This document shows, piece after piece, positions 13,401-25,363 of a DNA stretch of 64,000 bases. Below the pieces are notes generated by a model. That model was given only the letters and a program-made list of their open reading frames with translations, was not told the DNA's origin and made no database searches. The stretch is from the NCBI GenBank assembly GCA_010015805.1, contig ML978121.1, positions 1,240,001 to 1,304,000 on the forward strand. The letters run 5' to 3'. This DNA comes from Rhizodiscina lignyota. Lineage: Eukaryota. Each line of letters opens with the position of its first letter. Position 1 is the first letter of the stretch. Made by a program: the position numbers and the translations under genes.

Positions 13401-14817
13401 CAGAGCGCAAAACTATGGACGCGAGCCTTGAAGACTTGCAGCGCGCTACACAGCGCTACGAGGAGCGGATTGAAGATCTCTCTGCTGACTTGGACGGCGC
13501 GCTACAAGCAAAGAAGAGGCTTCAGAACGAACTGGAGGACTATCGCAGCCAGCGAGCCATGGACATCGAAGACAAGGAGACCAGCCACGAGCAAATGCGG
13601 AAGAAGTACCAGGGCGAGCTTGCCAGTGTGAGCAATGAACTTGAGCTCGAGCGGGAGAGCATTATCGTGGCCCGTGAGGAGAACAGCCGCCTCCGCGAAG
13701 AGATCGAGGAGCTGAGAGGTAAATGGGATGATGAAGTCATGAACAGCAGCACATGGTCCAAGGAGAAGAGCAGATTGGAAATGACCATGCAGGATCTGAT
13801 GCACTCCAGAGACGAAGCTGTCAATGCGCATAACGAGGCACAGAGCCGCGTAGTCGAGTTACTCAGCCAAGTCAGGAGTCTGAGAACATCCGTTGATGAC
13901 GTTGCTGGCGAAAGAGACGCGTTGGCAAGGGAGAAGAAGAGCTTGGAAGCGAGACTAGCAGAGGCTAGCGAGAAACTGGAAGGCCTAGCAAAATCCGAGT
14001 CACCCGCAATGCGCAGCGCCGCATCCAGGGACAAGGATGTGCTAGAGCTAAAGGCGAACCTCGCACAACAAGAAGACATTGCTGCTGCCGCCGTAGGCAA
14101 GATGAGAAGGGCGGAGGCGCTGGCGCAAGAGACGCAGAAGGATATTGCGAGCGAACGTGAAAACAATGTCCAGCTACACAAGGACAAAGCGGCGTTGGAA
14201 AAGCAAGTCAAGGACCTCCAGCTTCGACTAGTAGATCTAGAGACAAAGGGGTATTCTTCTGCAAGTCAAGACGTACGATTCCTGCATGGTCGGATTCAAG
14301 AGGTATATTCTCCACTACTACACTTATTTTCACGTGCTGATAGCTTATGAAACAGCTCGAAAAATCTCTTGAAGCCGCAGAGTCAGCTACCGCATCCACT
14401 GCCCGATCCACACGCGTTGTCGATCGTCAAATCGCGGACCTCAAATCGCAGATTGATCGACGAGAGAAGCAAAATTCGGCTCTATCAGACGATCTCTCAA
14501 AATCTCGTGACAAGATCCAAAATCTTCTCTCCACAATCGACGAGTTACAATCGTCCGACAGCACAGCACAGCTCACCGCTAAACGCGCAGAACGCGAGTT
14601 GCGTGAAGAGCGTGAGAACCGTCTTCGCGTTGAGCGAGAGCTGGAAGGCTGGAAGGGCCTTCGCCTCGAGCGCAGCAGCGTGCGGAATGGTGCAGCAGGT
14701 CAGCTTGGCGTCGGCAGTGATGCTGGCGATATTAGGAGCAGAAGAGGTAGTTCTATCGGGCTGGAGGGAGTCCCACACCGACAGCTTAGAAAAGTCAGTG
14801 GGCAGAGTTTTTTGTAG
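7471..14817 (+). CDS. myo2: Myosin type II heavy chain; exons 7471-8082, 8132-14302, 14356-14817
   Basis: N-terminal SH3-like region (NPAKFDKADDMAELTHLNEPSV), P-loop GESGAGKT, NNNSSRFGKF, DIAGFE, LRCNGVLEGIRI, IQ motif and a >1000-aa coiled-coil tail. Canonical introns at 8083-8131 and 14303-14355. Confidence 0.96.
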
Positions 14818-15047
14818 ATGACGTCGCCTTGGAAGAAAGAGGTCGGAAGAGGGGTAGGCTGGAGGTTCCCAAGGGCGACGGTAAACGTAATGGGAGAAGT
14901 ATTAGTAACGCGAGTCGTAGGAGCGCTGCATCCGTGAAGTCTGAGGCGTTCTTGTAGGGAGAGATCAGCAGCATGGGTTGGCGTAATTATTGGAGAGCTG
15001 TATTATAGCGTGCATTTTCCACATTATATCCAGATTGCGAATTAGCT

Positions 15048-17296
15048 TCATCCAAAGTTCAACAATGAGCCTCGTTCCCATTCCATGTTGTCGAGCCATT
15101 GCAGAAGGTCGGCATCTGTCGTTAAGGACGGCGGTAAACCAAAATTGAAACTATCAGGAGTTGGCAGAACGCCGGGTTCAGATGCTTGGATGCGAATGTC
15201 GGCCGGTGGTGCAGGAGCACTTGGTGACAGGATCTTATCCAGCACTCGTTTAAAGACCTTTCGTGCCTGCTCGCAGATCGCATAGGTGCCATCAGATGGA
15301 TCTATCGATGCGAGACACGACACAAAAACGCTAAGATTCTGTATTGTTTCAGAGCGCGAGATGGCATTAGACGAGGTTTGTCCAGGGCTATGCTCTTGCT
15401 TTAAGAGTTCGACCGCAAGGATTGCAGCGCTTCGTAGGCCATGGACAGCCAACTATTAACATGTTAGAATTTATTAAACATACTCTCATACTGAAAACTC
15501 ACTAAATCAGCATAATCCACTTGGAAGTCTCTCATCAAATCCCGTCGGACAGCGGCATTGACAACTTCTTGAAATATATTGCGCGCAATTTCAATCAGTC
15601 GATTGGTATCCGCTCCAGCTCGGCGAATGAGAACTCGTTGCAGGAGTAAATCATTGGTCATATGTTGCAACCTCGTGAAGAGAACACAGAGCTGCTCCAA
15701 TGGCGGCCTGCGAAGTCGCTCCGTATTTTCGACGGTCTGCTTCAGGGTCTCCGGAAAACTCTCGTAATGTGCCTTTGCGCGCTGTGATATGGCCTCGGCA
15801 CGAGGAAGGATGTCGTCAATCGTAAGGCTCAATGACATGTCTAGTATCTCTTCCCTCACGAGCGAATTAATGAACCATACCCTGGCCCATGTGGTCCTTC
15901 GAATCTCTCCGCTTCTGTTCCACCCGGACTCATCGAGACTTGCTATAGCAGCTTCAAGTTCAGCCCCTTCCGAGTACAATTGCTTCTCGCTGAGATCCAA
16001 GGGCATCTGTATCATGCAATAACGACTCAACAGACGAGGAGGCCGTCCAAGAAAAGTGCAGAGTCCTTTATCGTTGGCAAAAGCATACAAGAATGTCTTC
16101 TTCCGGATCTCAGCAAGGAAGAACGGTATCTTGGTGTCTGCTTTCTTCTCCTGATGGAGGCCCAAAGCGAGCACGGTGTTGAACAGCTCACCCGAGCGCT
16201 TCCAAACTAGAAAATCCGCGTCACCACGAATCGAGCAAGTCAGGACAAAGTTTTCGTAGACGAGCCACAGATAAAGGTCATGTAAAACATCTGACTCGTT
16301 GCAGAAATTTTGGCAGATCTCCGCAGCATCATTCATTGAACGACTCAAGTTCCCTCTGTCCATACCAATGTCCTTCAGCAAGTTGAAAATCGGGTCGGAT
16401 TGCGGCACCGTAGCTGCCATGAGGCCAACGAGAGCAAACAGGATCCCAACAACTTCCCATCGAAGCTGCGGCCCAGTACACATCGCTCCCCATCGGCGGG
16501 CCGTGGTCTTTCCATCGAATCTTAAAGGCCGTTGTGTGTTGCGCCACACCAGTTCCGATAGTTGCCGCATCTGCTGAGTGTTTCGCTCCACCAGCACGTC
16601 GCCGTGGAAAGACCATAATGCTTCGGTCCATTGATTTACCATTGGTTCGATGACTAGAATGCCCTGGGAGATGTCGAACCATCGTGCGATGAATCGTTCG
16701 TACGCCGGTAGGTGAGTAAGTAGGGAGAGGATCTCCACGCCCTTCTGTATCTTCTCATCTCCAATCACAATGGTGCACTCCGGGTCTTGATCCGTGTTGT
16801 CTATGCCGAGGCTGGCCTGATTTTCTGTGAAGATAGACCGGTAAGACGTGATTCCAAGGAAGCCGGGATTCCTGTGGACGCGAAATGAGGAGGTGGTTGA
16901 TGGTCGTTTCTCCTCTGAAGTACTTGCCGATACAGATGACAAGCTCGGAGTCGGCGGCGCAATACTCAAGTTAGCAGACTCCGAGTGCGGTGCTGCGGCA
17001 ACAGGCCTTGGGCCGTCCTTTGCAAACGATGTAGGCGGTTTCGGAATATTCGGTGATCTTGACACTTGCGATGATAACATTTCCTTGTTGCGAGTAAGCG
17101 GCGCTGGGTGGTACACGCATTGGTCGGCCTTCTTGCGATGAAGACACCTGCCGCAAGTGGGCATAAGATGGTCGCATCGAAGTTTCGATTTTCGACAAGG
17201 CTCGCAACTCTGAAGCTTTCCGTTTCGTCGATAATTCGGGTTTGTTCGGGCGGCAAAAGAAGCCATGGTATCCGGTGGAGCCTCCATCTTGAACAT
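15048..17296 (-). CDS. Zn(II)2Cys6 fungal transcription factor; exons 17296-15503, 15452-15048
   Basis: CEPCRKSKLRCDHLMPTCGRCLHRKKADQC binuclear cluster plus a middle-homology region (ALGLHQE..EIRKKTF..DKGLCTFLGRPP). 50-nt GT-AG intron. Confidence 0.92.
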
Positions 17297-18240
17297 TCAG
17301 ACAGCCCGAGCAGATGGTATACGAAATCAGACGAACGGAGTGGAATGCAAGAGAGAGACATCAACGCAAGCAAGCACACGAAAAGCATACGAAAGCATAC
17401 GAAATCGCCCTCCTGTCCGAACTCCGAAGTGTGACATTGAAATGTGCGGAGAAGATCCACGCGCCAAACATGCTAACCCTTTTAGGCAGGTGACTCGGAA
17501 CTTGACCACGGAACAGTGAAACACAGACAGCAGGAACGGCGGCTGTCGTTCTCCAGTTGCTGTTATTCTATATGCCAATTTTCACCGATATGCTTGAAAT
17601 TTATTACATTCTTTCCCACGGCGATACATGCGAAAGTCTCACTGTCTCCTTCAGGACACGTACGGCTATTAGCTTCAGCACAAATATCTCTTTGGTCGTC
17701 ATGGACTGTCTATCAAAATCAACGAATCTACTCAAAAGCCATTCTTCAATCCCTCTAACATTACATTAAGAGACCGGGAGCCAGAAGTGCAACCTAGATG
17801 CAGGCTCTATCTTATTAGAACACGATAGCTGGTTACTCTAGGAGAGCGAGATTATCTCTGAAAGCTTACTTCGGCATCCTTCGGAATACATATCATCATA
17901 CACTTAAACACTTTTGAAGGAGTAACGCAGTTTGTTGATTTCAAAGGCTACATATCTAAGCTGTTCAATGTATTGGAAGCCACAGCCAATCCATTTGTTA
18001 CCCTCGACGCAATTTGTGAGCCAGTTTCGAAGAGACTGTTAATGCATGTCAGTACAGTGTCGCGTTATTAGTATTGTCGACGAAACTCGAACCGTTCATG
18101 TACATCGAGTATCACTCGAAGAGGGTCCTCCATGGAAGACATCGTGCTCAGCGATGAAGAGGAAATGTTTTGCGAGAAGTGGTTGGTTATTTTCTAAAGT
18201 TGTGAACGAAATACGTGCCAAGGCTTCCGAATTCGGCGAG

Positions 18241-18275
18241 GTTTGTGTTGTGTTGTGTTGTGCTGTGCTGTGTTC
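18241..18275. repeat. Short (TGTGY)n pentanucleotide microsatellite
   Basis: tgtgttgtgttgtgttgtgctgtgctgtgtt read directly from the sequence. Confidence 0.7.
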
Positions 18276-18626
18276 ATCGTCGCGGGCAGTGTACACACCA
18301 GTCAAAGACTGAAATTGACCTCAGCCGCTTCACTCTCTCAAGGAGAAACCGAATGAAGACAATATAATATATCCACTTCTATTAATTCACAGGCTCCCGT
18401 GACGTTAACCGGTTCGAGAATATGTCTTCGATGATCCGTCCTTTGCTCGGGGTTGAAGATCAATACAGAGAGAAGTAAGGGAGATCATTCAAATAATACA
18501 ATGAGATCTAAGACTGATGGATGACCGCTTATGAGACAGGACAAAACATCCCAAAATACGTGCCGCAACTCCCACAAGTATGCTGATGCGACAGACTCCC
18601 GCATGCATAACCGTCTATGATGCGTA

Positions 18627-19632
18627 TTAGTACATTGCCGTAAACGCCCATTGGCCTAATCTCAAATTACCGATGCTATCTTTCGCAACCTTGTCCTCAA
18701 CCGCCTGTTCTATATCCTTATGCTCTTGTAGTAAAACCTCAAACTCCTCCTCCTTCCGCAGCTCCTTGTGTTTGCTGAGAGTCTCGATGACGATATCCCG
18801 CAATCCCATGTCGCTCTCTATGGTGGTAGTCAGAACGATATAAACCGCTTCTGCGAACCGTGGAGTGTTCCAGTGAAGGGTTGCCGCTTCTTTGAATTTC
18901 ATCAAGGCCGTTGCTTTCAATCCAGTCAAATCGTAATAGTCGCCCATCACATACATCTCAGCATGGGTCACTGGATCCGTCTCCGCCGTTTCCGGAACAG
19001 TGTCATCGATAAGGTCGGGCGTCCCCGCACGTTTACGGACACCTTGGTCCCAGTACGTTGTTCCATATGGATATTCAACGATCTGGCCTTTGTTGAGCTC
19101 AACGCGACATTTCTTTCCAAGTCGGATATCTGACAACTTCACGGGTTCGTGAGGCAGATAATCCAGCCGGTATATGTAATCGATCATATACTGCACGAGC
19201 AGAGGATAGTCATCGTACAGGATGTCGTCTGGAGCAAATGTGAGCTTAATTCGATGTTATCTCTACGCTGGTATTAACTCTTACTTTCGTCAGTCTTTAG
19301 TAAAATCTCGCCTGATGATCCTTCCTGCAGGTGGTTAGTCATCAGAGACAACGTGCGACTAACTTCCTCAGGCCGAACTGACTTTGAATCCTGGTTCACA
19401 GGCTTTTGAGAAGAATTCTGAGCGAGAGCAAAGGACAGCTTTGTGCACTCGATAAGTTCTGTCTGCGCATTTTATAATTAAATCGGTGTATCTAGACGAT
19501 GCGTAGAGCCTATTACGAGGTTCAGCGAAAAAAGAACTTCAAAAAGCACATGATGAATCCTTACCTCTCTAGTGCGCCTATCAGTTCTTTGTTCTGTTCC
19601 CGCAATAATCTCAGTGTTTCGTCTGGTTCCAT
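18627..19632 (-). CDS. BTB/POZ-domain protein; exons 19632-19565, 19509-19383, 19324-19285, 19228-18627
   Basis: Splicing three GT-AG introns gives MEPDET..LYASSRYTDLIIKCADRTYRVHKAVLCSRSEFFSKACEPGFKEGSSGEILL..MIDYIYRLDY..HAEMYVMGDYYDLTGLKATA, a classic fungal BTB pattern. Confidence 0.9.
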
Positions 19633-20040
19633 GCTCTGTGAATCTCGAGAAAGGAAGCACTGCAATGCAAAGGAACAAGACATTGGGTTCGGCACATTTT
19701 AGACATGCTTTGGAATAGGCACGGGTAACGTTGCTCGGGCTTTCGGTGGTTCCGGGTGATGACAAGATGTGGTGTACGGCGCGGCCGCTCGTAAAGAGTT
19801 GCATGAGAGTGGGCATATAAGAAACAGCATTGACCTTTTCGGCTTTCCAAGTGGATTAGGGGAACATGACAAGTCGCCGATGGACAGCGTCCGGCGGTTC
19901 ACGTCAGCCTCACGTGATGAGCCGAGAGTAACGAGATTTTTTGATTGGCGACCTCGAATACGAAGTAAGCATAAAAAATGATGACTCTGAGCTGCACGGA
20001 AAAATCGGAAGGACACGAGGAGCCTCCTGCGGGTATAATT

Positions 20041-21405
20041 CTAACGAAGCAAGGTCCAGAGTAAATATGCACAACCGAGTAATCCCCCCAGCACACCGAC
20101 TGCAATTCCGTTACCCTCACGTGTATATACTAGATAAGCAACGAATCCGACTATTATTTCGAAGCGCCGAGCGGACTGTCGGCGATACCTCCATTCAGGG
20201 TCAGGGTTGAAAGGCGGATGTTTCCGTATGTCATTATCAGCGACCTGCGGAACTCGGAGCTCGATGCGGACCGAAAGAGCGACCGGACGATGATCTGAAG
20301 TGAGCTGTAGAGGTAGAGCAGTGTACTGTTGCGGCTGCAAGAGTGCGGAAGGTAGATAGAGGATTCGATCGCACCAGCTAGGAAATCGATGTTTCGCCCA
20401 GTTCCAGCGATTGGGCTCACGATATTCCTCCAGGCCGAGGAGATTGGAGGCCGACGGTTCAGGGGCTCCTTCGGGATGCTCATACTTGTATGTTGGAGGA
20501 AAGGTTACTGGCATCTCCGAGAAGCCCTGCAGCGCTTCGCCATCTCTCATCACTTGAGACAACTGGTCCTTCTCGAAGAGCTTGGACATATGGTTCGGAT
20601 CTTCGCTGCTGGCATCCGGTTGGGGAAAGCTGAGATATGCGTCGGGACCGGGTGAAATGATACTTGTACGATAGTTGAGGTCTCCTGCGAAGAAGACGTG
20701 TCCGCGAGTGCTATAAAGCGGGCAGGGGCTGACCTCGCGTCCTCGCAAACGACTTTCAGGGACCAGCGGCTCCCTCTCGTCCGCGTCTTCAGACGAAGAG
20801 GTCCTAGTCCGGCCACGTTGGGCCTCTCCGTTATCTTCGTTTGCAAAGATGAGCCGTCGAACAATGTTCTTCCAGTCTTGGTTACGCCTCAGAAGCGCAT
20901 TCTCCATCGGCGCAAGGTGTGCGGCAACAAGCGTCAACTCCACCTCCTCGCTGCTTTCGTCGTCCTGCTTGTAACCCAGCCGGATGCCAACAGCACCTTT
21001 GTTTCCCATTTCCCAGAAGCCCACGCCTGTGCCAGCTGTTTGAATCCATTGTATACGCTCTGCGACTGGTTCTCTTGCAAACAGCATGATCGCGGTCATG
21101 CCCAAGTTCCTCGTAAGGATCTGCTTGTAGGTTGTGCCTCCGCCATCTCGGATTTTGGCAGCGATGTTCAGCGAAGCGACGAGTTGCTCGAAATAGGGCG
21201 TCAGGTAGGAGCCTCCAAGAAAGGAATATGAAATCGGCGCGATCTCCTGCAAGGAGAACATAACCATGTCCGGCAGTGGGACATCTTTAGGAAGGGCGCG
21301 GAAGACATGCGGGGCGAAGAGAGGCGGGTTGACAATCGCTCTGGCGCAGTTGAAGGTGAGGATGTACAGGTCGAGGAGCGGCGGGGGAGCTGAGTCGGGT
21401 GCCAT
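20041..21405 (-). CDS. Inositol polyphosphate 5-phosphatase with C-terminal membrane anchor (Inp54-like)
   Basis: Motifs LTFNC, LQEI, GNKGAV, AAHL, FAGDLNYR, FPPTYKY, PSWCDRIL and SDHRPV, plus a hydrophobic C-terminus. Single exon. Confidence 0.92.
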   Translation of the reverse strand: MAPDSAPPPLLDLYILTFNCARAIVNPPLFAPHVFRALPKDVPLPDMVMFSLQEIAPISYSFLGGSYLTPYFEQLVASLNIAAKIRDGGGTTYKQILTRNLGMTAIMLFAREPVAERIQWIQTAGTGVGFWEMGNKGAVGIRLGYKQDDESSEEVELTLVAAHLAPMENALLRRNQDWKNIVRRLIFANEDNGEAQRGRTRTSSSEDADEREPLVPESRLRGREVSPCPLYSTRGHVFFAGDLNYRTSIISPGPDAYLSFPQPDASSEDPNHMSKLFEKDQLSQVMRDGEALQGFSEMPVTFPPTYKYEHPEGAPEPSASNLLGLEEYREPNRWNWAKHRFPSWCDRILYLPSALLQPQQYTALPLQLTSDHRPVALSVRIELRVPQVADNDIRKHPPFNPDPEWRYRRQSARRFEIIVGFVAYLVYTREGNGIAVGVLGGLLGCAYLLWTLLR

Positions 21406-21874
21406 GCTCGCGCCCAGAGCTTAATTTAGTGAGGCGGGGAGGGGTTTGGTGGTGGTTTTACAGGTACGCAGTCGTGTTCCTGGCCTGGGCAGCGGCCCTT
21501 AGTCCAAGGGGACAGAGGTTCTAGCGGTGGTGACGCGCGCCCGGTGCTGGGCAGTGCGCGGGCAGGTGCGTTCGGCACACCTGCCCAGGATCATTGGCCG
21601 CCGCTCGGGACTCCACCGCCAAACGACGATCGTGACGTTGAGCTCAACAGCATCAGAAAGGAGAAACGTGCCAGCCTGACAAAGCAGCACGTTGGAGCTC
21701 CAGCCTGCTCCTGCGCTCCCGCGCCTCTTCGCCTGCCTCGCAAGCAAAATTCTACGCCCGCAGCTTTGGAAGTCGCACAGAGCTGAATGAGAGATTTGCA
21801 TCGCTATTTGAAGTGTCAATTGCACATTTTCTACGTGCATTGAGCTTCCTTCGAGCTCTTTCCACCCTACAAAA

Positions 21875-23100
21875 ATGTTTCAATCCAGAGTGCTCCGCAG
21901 CGCTTTTCAAGTCGTCCCGCGATGTGCCCCTCGAGCACGCTTCGCACCTCGACGACAACCTCAATTTACTCCAAGATCATTTTCCACCACTCCCTTTCGC
22001 CTAGAGAAGGATGAGAACGGTGAAGAACACGATTCTGCAACCACTGCTGGCCAGCCAGGCGAATCGGGCGACCATGAAGGCCAGTTTGCACGAACTGACG
22101 AGACCGTGAGGGTCGAGTATCCCGAGGAGGAGGACCTCCCTCGCTCTGCTCCCGTCCAAGGACGAGGAGGCAGGCTGCGCACTCTTGCCAGCTTCTCCCT
22201 CGAGGGTCGCGTAGGCGTGGTGACTGGTGGTGCGAGAGGCCTGGGCCTAGTAATGGCACAAGCTCTGGTTACGAGTGGCGCCGACGTTGCACTTGTGGAC
22301 ATGAACCGTTAGTATTGCTGCTACCATTTTCCTGTCGAACGGTATGACTAACTGTTGTGCGATTGACCACGAACAGGCGTAGAGGCAGTGCACTCAGCAG
22401 AGCAGCTGATCCAGAACTTCAGAAACGAGAACCCCGGAGTCAAGAGGCTCCCGAAAGTAACGGCGCATTTCTGCGATGTCTCGAGCCCGACGTCCGTTAA
22501 CGACTGCATTGCCGAAATCATCAAGACCCATGGCAAGATCGACAATCTTGTCACATCGGCCGGCTTCACCGAGAACTACAATGCCATCTCGTATCCATAC
22601 GATCGTATGCAGAAGCTCTGGTCCGTCAACGTTGACGGCACATATCTCTTTGCGGTTGGGGTGGCGAGGCATTTGTTGGAGCGCCAGAGCCCAGGAAGCA
22701 TCGTCTTCATTGGTAGCATGTCCGGTGCCATCGTCAATGTGCCGCAGCCACAGGCACCATATAACGCAGCGAAGGCGGCTGTTAGGCATTTGGCAGCATC
22801 ACTGGCCGTGGAGTGGGCGCATGCTGGTATTAGAGTGAACTGCATCTCTCCAGGTTACATGCTTACCGCCTTGTGAGTACCTCGATGTTGTTCTCTGCAA
22901 ATATCTAATGGAGATACAGGACCAAAAAGATCCTCGATGATAATCCGGACCTCAAGAAGCAGTGGACATCGCTCATTCCACAGGGCAAGATGGGCCGCCC
23001 AGAGGACCTTATGGGTGCCGTGACTTTCCTTGCGAGCGACGCCAGCTTGTACGTGACCGGGGCCGACCTTAGAGTGGATGGCGGATATACCAATACTTGA
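21875..23100 (+). CDS. Short-chain dehydrogenase, D-arabinitol 2-dehydrogenase-like, with Arg-rich mitochondrial-type presequence; exons 21875-22307, 22377-22872, 22920-23100
   Basis: TGGARGLG, SMSGAIVNVPQPQAPYNAAKAAV (YxxxK), RVNCISPGY and DGGYT. Both introns are canonical and in phase. Confidence 0.9.
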
Positions 23101-25330
23101 GCGTGGATGTTGAGAGCGTCTGAGCAATTCCTTCTAGATTCTTGGTGGATGCGATGGATTTAATAGTGGTTTGTGGTGCAAGGCTCCTTAAATTCCCGAT
23201 AGAAATGCAGTAACGTCATCCTTTCTGGTATTATCATATCGCATCCGGGCCACTACCTTAATGTGGAAACACAACGTGAAAGGTGCAGATGTGCCAAATG
23301 TGTGCTTGGAGGAGCAGGATGTTAAATCTCCCCGTCGTTCGGCTACTCCATTTACCCACCCTCAACCATCGCCGATTGAGCATTCTCCCATTTAAGACCG
23401 TTAGCGCACTACCCTGAACGTTAATCACGGCATCCTTCGTTAAACTTCTTATTTCCATGACTAGAGATTTCATGCAGAACCTGAAGACTGACTGAATACT
23501 ATGAGTGAACTTGGGGTTTGGCATGTGGGAGTGCGCCTACCTCATGTGGACATCAAACCTCCGGCTGAAAATCATCGATGCGCTGGCTGAAGAGATGAAG
23601 TCATTGAATTTTCCCTTTCACTTCCTCGATCAAGTGTGCCATCGACACGTGTCCGCTCTTTCTATGGCACCGTCTGAAATTATGAGACCACTTTTTATGC
23701 ATTTTAGAGTTTTATTGCTTAGTTCGGAGGGTTTAAAGAGTCTCTCCTCCCGCTCAAACTGTGCGTTAGTTATGCGTTTAAACACGAGAGAAGCCACCTG
23801 CGCGCCAGCTCTCCACTGCATCGATCTTGAGTTGAATTGGAGGAAGGCGTACTTACTCCTTCTCGGCTCAACTACCTGAGGGTGATGTTGAGCACAGCTC
23901 TACCTTCTTGGCTGTCCTCGTCATTAAATAGTTACAGCAAGCCGAGCAGGTGTCGCGTCTTATAAGTATGCCCGACCTTATATGTTCATCTTATGCTCTG
24001 ATACTCTTCCCCTTTCATCTACATTAAGTCACAACAATCCAACAGATCGGCACTTACATCCGCGCATCGTTCGACTGCAATATCTGGACATCGCGACTAC
24101 TGCTCCTTACAAAGGGTCAAGGAGTTGACTACGGAGTTGAGTCACCTCTCATTACGACTCCCCGGACGGCAGACTACCGCTCCCTGAACTACAAGAAGGC
24201 AATCAAACCATCGAGTCTAACATGGGCCAATCTCCGAGTAGCAGCGAATCTTCGTATCTGACGGCGCCAAACCCATTCGCCCCAGCTGCACGCGCTTCGT
24301 TAATCGAAGATGCTGTCTACTGGTGGCGACGTAGAAAAGATCGCTGGATATAATGCGGCGAAGGCACATGGCTACGGCCATCGAGACAAGAGTGGGGATA
24401 TCAGCTAATAGATGCAACTACAAGAGTTCTGGATCTGCCATCTCGACCGGAGTCTGATGATACTCGGCAGTCGTTCTACGAGATCTCCGACAAAATGTTT
24501 GTGGAGACTCCCCCAACAATCCAAACATTCGGTACCGAATGTTGTGCTCGCACACTCGGCAACTTGCACACTTTGCCAATTGCAAAGAGTGGCACAAACA
24601 CTTACACAGTCCGGAAATGCAGTATCGGCGAATCTCGAGACCATGGACGGTCGTCGCGTCCTTACTGTAGCGGTGCATGGCGAAACCGACGGTTACTTCT
24701 CCATGGAAGGTGCGACTTCAAGCTATAATAATTTTCGGGTGCCGTAGAGAAGAGCGAAACTGCGTCAGCAAGAGCGTCTGAAGAGGTTGTGGAGAGGCGA
24801 CAAAGCCGGCGGATGAGGCGTCACGCGAGCAATCCCAGAGCTAATCAGCAACTTCTGTCAGAGTAGAGCTCGATCCCCCAATTGAACTGCTATTGTTGAA
24901 CACAGCACTGTAACTGCTCGTACAATTGGGATGAGCAAACCCTGCTTGAAGTCAAACTTACTGGAATATTTCGGTGCGCTCATGAACAGATGGATATCAA
25001 TTTCGAGACGTACTGGATCGTCTGTATGAATCGACAGAGTGTCAAGAAATGCCAGAGCAATGTCTACAACAGAATCGCAGGGACACTCTCTCAGTCGAAG
25101 AAGAAGAGTAGTTCTCACGATTCTCTTAGTTAGCTACGAGCTACGTCAGGGAGAGGGATTCAAAAAGATGAGAATGATGATGACGTCTGTAGAAAAGTGG
25201 AGCGTGATGATGTTCCACAACGAAGTTACACAGGTACATGAAAAGCTTTCTCCGGAGAAATTTTAGATGTTACTTTGACATCCGTCTGCTTTGGAAACAG
25301 TTCGCATGGGTTTGAACCTTGTCCCTGACT

Positions 25331-25363
25331 GCCACGAGGTGAACCACGAGGTAAACCACGAGG
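25331..25363. repeat. 12-bp tandem repeat (CCACGAGGTRAA), about 2.7 copies
   Basis: ccacgaggtgaaccacgaggtaaaccacgagg. An 11-bp tandem (CCTTCTGGAAG x2.5) also occurs at about 25451-25478. Confidence 0.6.
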